Shown: one piece after another, positions 18,012-29,427 of the stretch
Layout of the letters: every line of letters begins with the position of its first letter
Position numbering within the stretch: position 1 is the first letter of the stretch
Source: Vitrella brassicaformis CCMP3155
Lineage: Eukaryota; Protista; Chromerida
Assembly: GCA_001179505.1 (NCBI GenBank)
Contig: CDMY01000693.1
Span: 1-29,712 of the forward strand
Length of the DNA: 29,712 bases
Reading direction: 5' to 3'
Translations under genes and position numbers: made by a program
The notes under the pieces: generated by a model
Told to the model about the DNA's origin: nothing
The model's input: only the letters and a program-made list of their open reading frames with translations
Databases searched by the model: none

Positions 18012-21000
18012 ATGCAGCAAGATCAACCTGACGCGCAGCTCTGGACTAAGATGAAGTCCGATGCTCCGATGGACCACCCTTCCGGAGGGCCGTTCGCATC
18101 CAGCAGACGGTGCAGACGGTGCAGCAGCACAGATCACAGGGCAAGGCGGCGGCCTGGCGCCACTGCGGCAGATGAAGCAGCAACCTGCTGTCCTTCGCGT
18201 GTGTCGGCTCCCCCTCCCCGTGTGTCGGCGAGCAGGCAGCATTTGTCTGTGTGGACGTCCGTGATTGTCCTGCTGACGACTTGTTTTTCAAGGGCGGAGC
18301 CGCTCAGCGGTCCGAGGCACCACACCACACCCCTGGTCAAGTCTGGACGAGGGAACCCATTCTGCCGGCACAGATCAACACCAACAGATACAGCTTATCT
18401 GCGGCCTTTCCGGTTTATGATGCCTTCCCCCGCATCATCGCCCGTTCGCCGCCCCCCCTCCCTCCCCTCCTCCGCTCTCTGCTCGTCCGCCGCGCCCTCG
18501 TCAACACTGATGGATGACGTGTCTGTGACGGCCGACCATCATGTCAACGGCAGTCCGTCGATGATCAACGCCACTGTGGTGATGCACAAGGCCATGAGGG
18601 CCCTCCAGAAGGTCCGGAGCGTCCGCGTGTGGCGCGACGAGCGGTGGCGGGCTCTGAGCCGACTGGTGCGGCAGGGCGCCTCACGTACCCGACCGTGGCA
18701 TGGGATTGCTCTCGGCAGCACACTCGGCATCGGCCTGCTGTCTTACTTGTTTCGGCGGCGGCTGGCGATTGTGGGTGCACTGGGGATGAGTGCCGTGATG
18801 CGCGGGATGGCCGAGGTGTCGCTGGTTGACCCGACCAAGCGGGACACGCTGCTGCTGCTCTTCTTCTCCAGCCTTGTCAGCATACTAATGCACAAGTGAG
18901 TATGTGAGGCAGTCAGTCGGCGAGAGGGGAAGGGAGAGGAGGGGGAGGATGCTTCAAGGATAGATCGATCAATCAACCTCTCTCTTGTTGTGTGCTCTGT
19001 ATGGCTGGTGCACTCACTGCAGGCTGCGTATCAGTCGCGAGATCGGCTTCATGCTCGTGGGCATGGCCCTGGGGCCCCACGGATTCCGCACACTCGGCCA
19101 ACGTAAGACACACACGCACACTGAGGCATACGGCGCACACACCCACCCGCTGGTCGACCGTCTCGTTCGTTGCTGCCTGCAGTGCACACGTTGGAGTCGC
19201 TGGCCGAGATAGGTGTGGAGTTCTTTTTGTTCGAGATGGGCCTGGAGCTGTCGTTCGAGACGCTCTTCGGCAGCATGCGCGGCGACGTCCTGCTGGGCAT
19301 GTGGCAATTCATCATCACCACACTCATCGTCATGGCCATCGCCGGCATCCCCGCATTCGGACTCCCACCTGCTGCACGGCTCGTTATCGGCGGGTCGCTC
19401 GCACTCTCCAGCTCGGCGTTTGTGCTGCAGCTGCTGAGGGACAAGGACGAGCTCGGCACTCGTCACGGCAGAGCGGCGCTTGGCATTCTCCTGTTCCAGG
19501 TCAGTCAGTCGCACACACAAATGGGACACCTGCCTGCAGCAATGACCGAATGAGCCTGAGTTCCTGACTCTTCTTTCTTTGTGTCTGTCTGCAGGATCTG
19601 GCTGTGGTGCCGCTGCTGGTGATGATCCCTTTGCTGGCAGGCGGCGGCTCCGGCCTCCTGCGCGCACTGGGCGTGGCGGGCGTCAAGGGCATACTGGCCC
19701 TAGCAGGCATTGCCGTCATCGGGCGGAAGGCCGTCGGGCCTTTCTTCTCAAGGTCAGCCAGCACTTACAGCACACACACACATCAGGCCTGGCAGACAGC
19801 AGCTGGTGCAGTGCATGTCTGTTCTGTGTTGGTATGTATGGCGACACCGATGAATGAATGACATACAGGGTGGCCAAGACGAACTCCCCCGAGGCGTTTG
19901 TGGCTGCGGTGCTGCTGACTGTCCTGGCCACGTCGACGGGCACCGAGCGGCTGGGCCTCTCCAACACACTCGGGGCCTTCCTGGCTGGCGTCCTGGTCGC
20001 CGAGACCAACTACAGGTGAGGGTTGTCCATGCATGTGCTGTGCCTGACGGGGAAGGGGGGCACACAGGGAGAGTCATCGACTGACTGCATGTCTGTCTGT
20101 ATTGCGTGCGTCAGGTACCAAGTGGAGGCGGCGATATCTCCGTTCCGCGGGCTGGGTCTGGGGCTGTTCTTTGTGACGGTGGGCTTCTCGCTCGACATCA
20201 GCTTCATCCTTTCCAGGTCAACCAAACCACCAGCCAACTGACTGACCAACCCACACACTCTACTCTCACTTACGTCTGTGGTGTGTCCTGCAGGTGGCGG
20301 TTGGTGTTTGGGGTGCTGGGTGCGATGATTATCGGCAAGGCGGCCATCATCACCCTGCTGGGGCGGGTCATCGGCGGCATGGACTTCGCGCAGTCACAAC
20401 AGGCAGGACTGCTGCTCTCGCAGAGTGAGTAACAGAGACCACACACACACACACACAGATATGTCTTCATCCCGCAAGCATCCACATGTGTGTGGGTCCC
20501 ATGACATACATGTTTGTTCAGGTGGCGAGTTTGCCTTTGTGGCGGCTGGATTGGCTCAGCGTTTGGGTCTGCTGCACCCGCTCGTGAGCAAGGCCATCAT
20601 GGCCAGCACCGCCCTCTCGATGCTGCTCACACCCGTACTCGAGAGGGCCTCCTCCAAGATCACAAAGGAATGGGAAAAGACCAGGGCCGACTCAATCATC
20701 AACCTTAAAGGTCTGCCTGCCTGTCTGGTAGTCTGGCTGCCAAAAAGGATGTGTGAACGCATTGACTCTGTCTCCTTGTGTGAGCTGCACAGATCCCGAG
20801 CTGCACGACATGGCCAAGAAGGAGAAGAACCTGGTGGTGGTGGTCGGCTACGGACGGGTCGGCAAGACCGTCTGCGACGTGCTGGACAAGTAAGGGAGGA
20901 ACGGAAGGGAAGGCAAGGCAAAGCAAAGCGACGCACCCAACCCAGGTGCTTGATTGAGCTCATGTTTCTGTCGTGTGCCTTCATGTGTGTGTGTGCACTG

Positions 21001-22535
21001 CAGGAAGTTGGTCAAGTACATAGCTGTCGACAATGACAGCGAGATCGCAACTGCCGCACGATCAGAGGTGGGCTGTCGACTCCAGGCAGACTGTTGACAT
21101 GCATCGATCCAGCCATCCATCCCTCCATTCCGACCTCTTTGCGCGCGTGTGTCCGGTGCGGTGTGTGTAGGGTCGACCCGTGTGGTACGGGGACATCCGG
21201 AACCCTTTGCTCATGTCCATGCTCCACGGTAGGTCCATATCCATCCCACTCATCCATCCACACACTCTTTGCTGTGCTGACGTCAAGCAAACCGCCGTTG
21301 TGTGTGCCTGTTTGCTGTATGTGTCAGTTGAGAAGGCCAAGGCGGTCGTGCTGACGCTTGACGACGTGCAAATCGTCAACAGAGCCGTCATCGAACTAAG
21401 GTAGGTACACACCATACCCTGCACACTAGACAGACTGCTTTGTGTGGTTTCAGAAAGCAGTATCCTGACTTGGCGATTTTCGCGCGTGCCAAGGACGAGG
21501 GCCACAGGAAGCGACTGCAGTCGATCCTCGACGTGACGTCATTCATCCCCACACTACACTCGGAGGAATTCGCCGGCGCCGTACTCCTTGACCTCGGCAT
21601 CGAAACCGCTGAGGTATGCACTGGGGATTCACCCATCGACACGGGCAGGGAGGACCTGTGTGCCTGTGTGTGAGGGTGTGTGGGTGTGTGGGTGTCATTG
21701 CAGGTCCAGACGTTGGTAGAGGACATGCGCAGGAGGCTCTACTCGCGGCAGCTGGAAGGTCTCGACGGCGGCGCATCCATACAAGAGGCCAGAGAGCAGT
21801 ACGTAACCAAACACACACGCCAACCACCACCAATCATACACACACACACANNNNNNNNNNNNNNNNNNNNNNNNNNNNNNNNNNNNNNNNNNNNNNNNNN
21901 NNNNNNNNNNNNNNNNNNNNNNNNNNNNNNNNNNNNNNNNNNNNNNNNNNNNNNNNNNNNNNNNNNNNNNNNNNNNNNNNNNNNNNNNNNNNNNNNNNNN
22001 NNNNNNNNNNNNNNNNNNNNNNNNNNNNNNNNNNNNNNNNNNNNNNNNNNNNNNNNNNNNNNNNNNNNNNNNNNNNNNNNNNNNNNNNNNNNNNNNNNNN
22101 NNNNNNNNNNNNNNNNNNNNNNNNNNNNNNNNNNNNNNNNNNNNNNNNNNTCCCCCTCCCCCTCCCTCTCCCTCCCTCTCCCTCCCTCTCCCTGTCTCTC
22201 TGTCCATCAGGTTGGTGCAGGAGCATGTTCGGAAGGAGAAGGTCCGTCGAGAGGACGAGAGGAAGAAGAAGGAGCGAGAGGCACGCGACAAGGAGGCAGC
22301 AGGTCATGGTGAGGGTCAGGAGCCCCCCACCCCAGACCAGGACGAGGTCTTCGGCTACTTTACGCCCACGGCAGCTGACGAGACGGAAAAGGGTGGTCCC
22401 GAGCTCATCGAGCCAGCGGCCATCGTCAACGATGAGAGGAGAGCTGCAGCAGCTGCCAAAAGCAACAACGAGGCGGCCCCCAGCCGTCACGAGCAGCCCA
22501 AGGAGACGGGCGAAGAGGAGGTTGTCAAGGCGTGA
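18012..22535 (+). CDS. KEA3: CPA2 K+/H+ efflux antiporter (KefC/KEA, closest in motifs to KEA3) with KTN/TrkA-N domain, long presequence and charged tail. 15 exons: 18012-18895, 19023-19102, 19183-19499, 19595-19752, 19869-20015, 20115-20216, 20294-20424, 20522-20710, 20793-20889, 21004-21067, 21171-21228, 21328-21400, 21454-21613, 21704-21798, 22211-22535
   Basis: Motifs FFLFEMGLELS, LALSSSAFVLQLL, GILLFQDLAVVPLL, LGAFLAGVLVAETNYR, PFRGLGLGLFFVTVG, LLSQSGEFAFV, and the KTN motif VVVVGYGRVG with YGD and ARAKD. ETNY/LSQxGEF resemble plant KEA3 more than KEA1/2, but orthology is unproven. Confidence 0.92.
21851..22150. other. Assembly gap (300 N), intronic in the KEA gene
   Basis: Flanked by (CA)n and (TCCC)n; flanking exon phases match if the donor at 21799 is used. 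Confidence 0.99.
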
Positions 22536-23951
22536 ACGAGCGAGAATGTCTGTGACAATGAATGAATAGGCGGAGAGTGCGGGGGTGTGAGGATTGAGTG
22601 TTTTATTGTGTCGATCGATGTGCGATGCGATGTGGCTGATGCATCCGGGTAGAGTGAGTAAGCCAGCATCGATCGCCAAGTAGGTCAGTCCGTCAGCGAG
22701 GTGTTAGGGTGCCGGCCGGCCACTTGGCCGCGGTTAAGTTGTGGTTTGTATAGTCTGGTGTGTGCGCCTGCCTGACGCACACACACCTGTATCGTATCTA
22801 TCGTACACACGTACTGTACGTGGGTCGACACGTATACGTGTGCTCTGCCCGGGCTTCACAGATCAATCTGAAGCAACCTGCGACAAGATGATCTGAGACG
22901 GCCCCCGCCAAGGGGGCTGAGACGCCGAAGATGCCGACTCATCGCCGAATTGAATGTTGCCGTCCTCAATGGCGCAAAGCCTTCAAGCCATCTACAACGG
23001 CCAGAGGATGCGTGTGTGCGGCGATGCCCTCGACTGCCCACTGGACGAGTTGAACTTCCTGTCGTTGATCAAAAAGGGTGGCAACGGCATGTTGATCAAG
23101 GACTCCTGTCTGTGTGCAATGATATCAAGCAATCACCACCTACACAGTGAGAGACGTCCATCTGTGTGGATACACACACCCACGAGGGAAGCCAACAAAT
23201 GGGTGCGACAGACAGACACCTGCATGGCATGCATCTATAAATGCGATGGCTGCCTGGCTGGCTGGCTGCCTGGCTGGCTGGCTGGCTGGCTACGGTTTCG
23301 CAGAAGCAGGTGTATTAGCAAGGTCTCTTTGCCAGTAGGTGGGCAGCAGATAGACGGGAGGGGAGGGGGAGGGAGAGGGAGAGGGAGAGGGGGCAGGGGC
23401 AGGGGTGGATGCCTAACCGATGGATCGATACATATCACTCATATCTCGTATTGGGGATGGGGTCTTCACATGTGTCTCACCCTCTTGCAAGAGGGATGTC
23501 TGTGTCTCGGTTGAGCGGCGAGGGGCTGCACACACGAATGAGACACTTGCTTGTCATTCGTCCATTTAGCCAGGCAGGTGAGCAGGCACGCAAGATAAGT
23601 AAGAAGTACCTACCGGGCAGCATGCACTGACGAATGCATAAAGGTCCAAGTACTGTCCGCTCGCATGATGATACACAACCAGCCCGGAGGGGCAAGGGAA
23701 ACCGCCGTTTATCGATCCACCTGAGTGAGTGCATTTGCCAAACTACGCATTCGTGTATTTTCCGTCTTCCCCGCTTGTCTCACCTCTGATCCATTCTGTG
23801 GGCAGGCATCTCTCTTCGAGAATAGTCACCTCATGGCCGCTGAAGAGGTACCGGTTGCTGCCCAGGAAACTCACTGACGACGTATACGGACACCTGCCCA
23901 CACATTAATAAGTGCGTAAGCGACCTTCTGCCTCGAAGGCCCGGGCTGTAC

Positions 23952-26204
23952 CTACCGTGCGTTGACAATCTCCATTATTCTTTCCTGGAGTGGGTTTGTG
24001 GGTGTCTCCGGCCCCCTCACCGGCCTGTGTCGCCCGTGGACGAGTGGATACACCCACACAGACACACGTGTCTCATCCACGTGTGTGTTTTGGCAGAGCA
24101 GAATAGCCAAGGATGGCTTCCTTACGTGTGTGCCCTCGACTTTACTTTGGCGGCCGTGTATTTCTTGCACGGCACAGCCTTCTTGGCCCTAGATCCTTCT
24201 GGGGTTCTGGGGAGAGGGGGGGGTTGATGCACTGCCGCCAGTGGGACAGCGGGCGGGAAGCCTGCAGACGGAGGGGATGGACATGTGTGCGACTTTGGAT
24301 GAATGTGACCTGCTTACCCTCGTCCTTTATCCTTCGTGTCGGCACCAAATCATCAGCGCGGGGGCTGCTGCTGTGCAAGAAACGAACAGACAAAACATGG
24401 ACACGCACATGGGAGAAGGTGTATTTCCTCCTGGATACCGCTTACTTTCGTTCATGCGTCTGACATTGCTCATCCCGCGTTGACCGATCCGGCGGCGCAC
24501 TATCGCTGGTGCGATCCGCCCCTGCATTGGCCCTCTTTGGCGGGGTGGACGCCTGAGGGCTCACCAGCCTCTCTCTGGCCAGTGACGTCCTCAGCGGCCG
24601 CAACACATGCACAGCCACGCCATGGCTGACAGAGGAACACTGCATGCCATTGGGAGGACGTCTCGGCACCGTTGGTTGGCACATAGGGTTGAAATGTGGT
24701 AGGGGCGGTGGAGAGATCGGTAGAGAGGGGACGGACGGCCGTGTTCTTGTTTGTGGGTTAGAGGGCCATGTGGCCTCCTCGTGAGCAAGGGACGGGGCAG
24801 AGGGAGACGGCGGTGCACCAACAGGAGTGGCAATGTCCTCTGCTGCAGTAGGGGGGGAGAGCTGATCGGTCGATGATTGGGGCGAGGGGGCAAATGACGG
24901 AGAGAATGAGCAGGGGAGGGAGGGTGGAGGGTGCAAGGAGGATGCTCTGTCTTCGGACTGTGGAGGAGGGACAGGACCTTGGCTGATCCAACGAGACGCG
25001 TCTGTGGCCGTCGCCGTTTCATCAGCCTCGATGGCATTCAGGGAAGAGCATCGCCGCCTGGGCATGGACGACAGTAAGACCGGAATAGCTTCATCTTGTC
25101 TCCTCTGCTCCTCGATACGTCGTCCTCTCTCGACTAATCTGGTCACCACCACACGTGGCTCTTCTGGTCTGGCCGCTTCTTGTGGCCGCAGGGCGGGGGG
25201 TGTCTCCTTCTGTGGCTTCTCGTCTTCATGAGACGCGCCAGTGCGTCTGGCTCTCGGACGAAATGTGGGCAGCATGGGTGGTTCTCTCTCCTGGATGGCC
25301 GCCTTTGGCTTCTTGTCATCTTGGAATTTGTGCTCCTCTATCTGGTGCTGCCTTCTGGCCTGATATTTCTCAATTGGCTGAGCTGACAAGGGGCCGTTGC
25401 TGATGGATGCTGCCGCTGGAATCTCGGCGACGGCTGGCCGTTGTTGTCTTTCGTGTTTGTGCGCTGGAGGCGGTGCGCTGTGGCTGTCGATGGGCTCCAT
25501 GATGGAGCCGCCGCCACGTCTGACCGATACCACCTTGACGAATCCCTCGCTCATCACTCCGTTGAGTGGTGGCGCTTCGCAGGGCCCGATCACATCGTCG
25601 GATGTGGCTCGTGTACTTTCGTCGATGACCCGCTGACTGCAACCCTGCACGAGGGGCGTCTCATAGGTCACGAAACGAGTGCCGCACACTGCAACGACAG
25701 AGGTCACACACAGGAAGACAGGCACTGCAAACGTGTGTGCACCTGCAATTAAGAAATTAATTAAGACTTAGTGCACACCACACCCTGCGCGTCGCTCATC
25801 GGCGAGCCGCCCACTGGCCTCTTCCACTCTGCCAGCGAGTCAGTCGACGAACACGAAGACAGGATGCTCCTGGCTGGAGAGACCCTCACATCTCGCTTCC
25901 TTCTCGGGCGGCGCCGCTCCTCCGGCCCGGGCGGCGACAGTCTGAGTGCATCGGTGTGTCTGCCCTGCTGCTGCTGCTGCTGCTGCTGTTGCTGCTTCTC
26001 TTGGCTGTATCGCCTCTTGTGGCCTGGCGACAGGTCGATGTGTGTGTCGATAGCCAGCTTCTCGAAAACAAGGACAGACGGCAATTGGGACATGATGCCA
26101 CTGCAGAACGAGAAGGAGAAGACAACCCCTGCACGGACTCATTGCAGACGAGCTATTCCTGTCCTCTTACTTGGTGAGTGCGGGTCACTGCATGCAATCG
26201 ACAT
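23952..26204 (-). CDS. Large low-complexity Pro/Ser/Gln-rich hypothetical protein. Exons 26204-26171, 26128-25784, 25688-24446, 24370-24318, 24261-24126, 24024-23952
   Basis: GT-AG introns (several GTAAG donors) have matching phases, and the frame is open to NPLQERIMEIVNAR*. The start could instead be ATG 26093. Confidence 0.7.
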
Positions 26205-26306
26205 GAGACTGGCCCCCAGAAACCCCCAAGCTCGCGAGGAATTTCCTTCTCGCGAAGACGAGGGGTTGAGGTCCACCGTTACCTCCTTGGGTCTTGCCCC
26301 AGTGCC
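26205..26306. promoter_or_regulatory. Putative compact bidirectional promoter
   Basis: About 100 nt separate the divergent starts (~210 nt if ATG 26093 is used). Inferred from geometry only. Confidence 0.35.
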
Positions 26307-26368
26307 ATGGCGCAACAAGCGATACGCGAGAAGATCTTCAAGGTACGATGCTGATCTCTGCTGCCTCC

Positions 26369-26401
<33 letters not shown>

Positions 26402-27339
26402 GAATGGATGAGTGTTCTGTGTGTCTGTGTGTATCTGCAGGTGCTGCAGCGAGGCGCACTGCTGTGCAGAAAACGAAACAGTTTCGATCAGGTTCGAGTG
26501 CAGCGTGTTTGTGATCTGACGTGAGCCGTTCTCTCCTATCTGGCTGTGTTGGTCGGTGTGGTGTGTGCAGCTGGTGGTGCCCGCCCTATCGTTAGTCGAC
26601 GTGTCTGAGGATACCATGAGGGCCAAATTCTCACTCGAAGTCACACAGGTGCGCACGGCGGCCAACGCACACCATGGTCACGACTGCCGACCTGAGTAAG
26701 TGTGTGGTATGTGTGTTGTGAGGGTGCAGGAGATGTGTCATTGGGAGGGCGTCATGCACTCGGGAATGATATCAACACTCATCGGTAGGTGCGCTTTGTA
26801 GACAGACTTGATGGATGACTGCTGTAGGCGCCGCCCACATGACATGTCGTGTGTGATGTGTGTGCAGGCAACGCGACGGCGCTGCACGGAGGGTGCTGTG
26901 ACAAGGACGAGCGGGCGGTGACGTCGACCGATCTCAACCTTTCATTCATCAACATCGCTGGCATCGGCGAAATTGTCCAGGTGACTGACGAGCCTCTCAC
27001 CTTCATCAGGGAGCATACCACCGTGTCATGAGTGTGCGCGCGTGTAGATTGAGAGTCATTTGCTCAAGTTGGGCCAGCGTGCGTGTTTGGCCGAGGCGCA
27101 CGTCACCAGCAAAGATGGCGCAAAGGTCGTCGCGGCGGGAAGACACACCATGTATGTCTATGGCAAGGCACCCCAACACAACACAACACCCGCCCACAGA
27201 ACGCCGTGTGTCTGGCTTCTGTATGTCTGTCTGTCTGTCTGCCTGCGTGTCCGTGTGAAACAGGATATTCACAGGCGCCAAGGGCAGTGGTGTGGCTCTG
27301 AGCGAGCACGAGACCCACAGAGGGCTCGACTACCTCTGA
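26307..27339 (+). CDS. Hotdog-fold ACOT13/THEM2/PaaI-like protein with a degenerate active site. Exons 26307-26342, 26441-26491, 26571-26648, 26730-26784, 26868-26980, 27048-27151, 27264-27339
   Basis: The spliced product aligns by eye end-to-end with ACOT13: FSLEVTQEMCHWEGVMHSGMISTLIGN...VTSTDLNLSFINIAGIGEIVQIESHLLKLGQRACLAEAHVTSKDGAKVVAAGRHT. It is absent as a whole from the ORF track because the exons are short. Confidence 0.85.
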
Positions 27340-27874
27340 TCCATCCATTCCATGGATGGATGGATGGACGGATGGATGGATGTGCAGCGAATGAGCGACT
27401 GACTTGTGACATACTTAGTGGGTGGGAGCGTACATGTGTCTGTCTGTGTGTCTGTCTGTACACACCTAACGACCTGCTCATTTTTCGCCGTCTGTCTGTA
27501 CGTTTGCTGGCCTGACCTTGGCTGATGGATGGATGGATGGATCGATGGACTGACTACGTGCAGATGTATGCATGCGAGAACTTTATGATGATTGACAGAC
27601 AGCACGAGGAGGTCCGTGCGTACGCATCAATCGTGCACCCATGCACTCGCTCACTGATACAGACACACACACAGACAGTCAGAGTCACAGTCACACCCAC
27701 GACACACGCACCTCTTAAAAACTTGCCTCTCTTGTCCATCAGCGACAAATAGCTCGTGCATCTTTCGTACCACAAGGGGCCGTCTCAGGCACGCGCACAC
27801 GCACATGCTTCATTCGCCAGGCCACACACGCGCCCGCCCGCCCAGCCGTTTGTACGGAGGCCTGGGTTGCTTAC

Positions 27875-29427
27875 TTACCATTTGGCCATGACGTCGCTGA
27901 TCTTGATGAAGACGTACTTGTCGTCCCCGAACTGGATGTTCTTGTCCTCGCTCGCAAACTCGCTGAACCGGATGTTGTCCCCCGACGTCACGTCAATGGG
28001 CAGCCGCTTGCCGTTCATGTCGTAGCCGCCCTCACCTACACTTATCACCTGCGCCCCCACGTACCAAGCCAAGAGAGGTTGGATCACACTCACGTGCAAC
28101 GTGCGGCTTCCCTTCCTCTTGCGTCACTCCCCCACTCCCCCACCCTCACGCACCTTTCCGTTGATGGGTTCGCTTTCCTTTGTGCCCATTGGGGAGAGAA
28201 TGACACCCCCCGCGCTCTTGGTCTCTGGCTCCAGCAGCTTGACCAACAGACTGACCGTGCACACAGCACAGACACATACACATACATACCGTGCAGTACA
28301 TGGATACACAGACACGTGCAGGTGCAGGCCATATGTCTGTCCATCCGTCCGGTGCACACAACAGATCCGGACCAGTCTCTGAGCGGTGCGATGTTGGTAG
28401 GCGTGGGTCTGCCGGTCTCTGCCCCTTCGCCGCTGAGCTTGGCCACGATGTTGTCCGAGTCTATCAGCACATGGTCGCTCCCGTTGTAGTCGATCTGATG
28501 CAAGTATGTAAGGTAACCCAAAGTGGAATGGGTTGTCAAGTCGAATGGCTTGTCACAGGTCGTTAGGTGCACTGTGCCGTGCCAGCCTCCCTCACATTCT
28601 GTCCGTCGTATTGTCCGAACAGCACCCAGTCACCCTCAGTCACGTCAGTGGGCAGACGAACTCTGACACACATCCAATCCACCCACAACAGGTCCACAGA
28701 CAGACAGAGGTACACATCAGTGCGTGTGCAGGTCGCCGCCAACTCGTGTCAGACTGCCCACCCTGTTTGTGGATGCAGCGCTCCCGGCCCACTGGCAACC
28801 ACCTGTCCGATGGTCTGCTTCTCCTGGCTCTGAATTAACGAATGATCGATCAATAAGTCAACCAAACAGACACAAATCAACTGTGTGCACTAACGCGTGA
28901 CCGAGATGCACGCCTTCTGACCTCAGTTGGTATGAGCAGTCCGCCCTCGGTCTTTTCGATGGGTTCCTTCCTCCTCACCAACAGAACACCACCCACCGGA
29001 CGCAGAGGACCTGAATGAATCAAATGCACACATTCACATCACACAACATCTGTGTGCGCGTGGACACGGGTCAGGTCAGATCTATCAGATGTCGACACGG
29101 ACAGAGCAGCGTGTTCGGTAGTGCCGACCTTCTATTGGCCTCCCATTGAGTGTGTACTCGCTCTCTGCGTGCAGCCGAGTGTGTGGGCGGGAGGAAGGGC
29201 GGGCACACGAGCCAAATGGCGATGGAGCAACCAGATATCCCTGCGGACACAGACAGATCAGCGCACCTCCACACAACCACAGATCGGATGAATGTGTGTG
29301 CACCCACCATCTGTGCGTCAGGCCACCGCATGTGTCGCGCGTCCGCCCTCAGGATGGATCCCGCCACCAGCAGCGCAGCACCCATCAGCCTCCAATTACA
29401 TCGACCCCTTCTCGTGCAGCAGTCCAT
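27875..29427 (-). CDS. CPN20: Plastid co-chaperonin Cpn20 (two tandem GroES/Cpn10 domains) with bipartite presequence. Exons 29427-29308, 29240-29129, 29010-28922, 28829-28762, 28662-28596, 28494-28373, 28250-28154, 28048-27875
   Basis: Domain 1: GPLRPVGGVLLV...EKTEGGLLIP...GQVVASGPG...EGDWVLFGQYDG. Domain 2: PLRDCLLVKL...KSAGGVIL...GKVISVGEG...DVMAKW*. Phases are consistent. An upstream in-frame ATG at 29571 is possible. Confidence 0.93.

Noticed and set aside
23941-24227. Apparent plus-strand two-TM membrane protein (TISIILSWSGFV...YVCALDFTLAAVYFL)
   Set aside because: It is the antisense of the last exons of the minus-strand gene, whose splice phases fit better.
25745-25770. AT-rich TTAATTAA patch inside an intron as a transposon footprint
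   Set aside because: Too short, with no flanking duplication or TIR; compatible with a branch-point region.
26785-26801. Alternative acceptor that would restore Asp (G|AC) in the hotdog active site
   Set aside because: It needs a 17-nt intron and hits a stop codon four codons later.
26849-27031. Hotdog gene ending at ...EPLTFIREHTTVS* as in the ORF track
   Set aside because: Splicing at 26980/27048 supplies the missing ACOT13-like strands (LLKLGQR...GRHT), so this tail is intron read-through.
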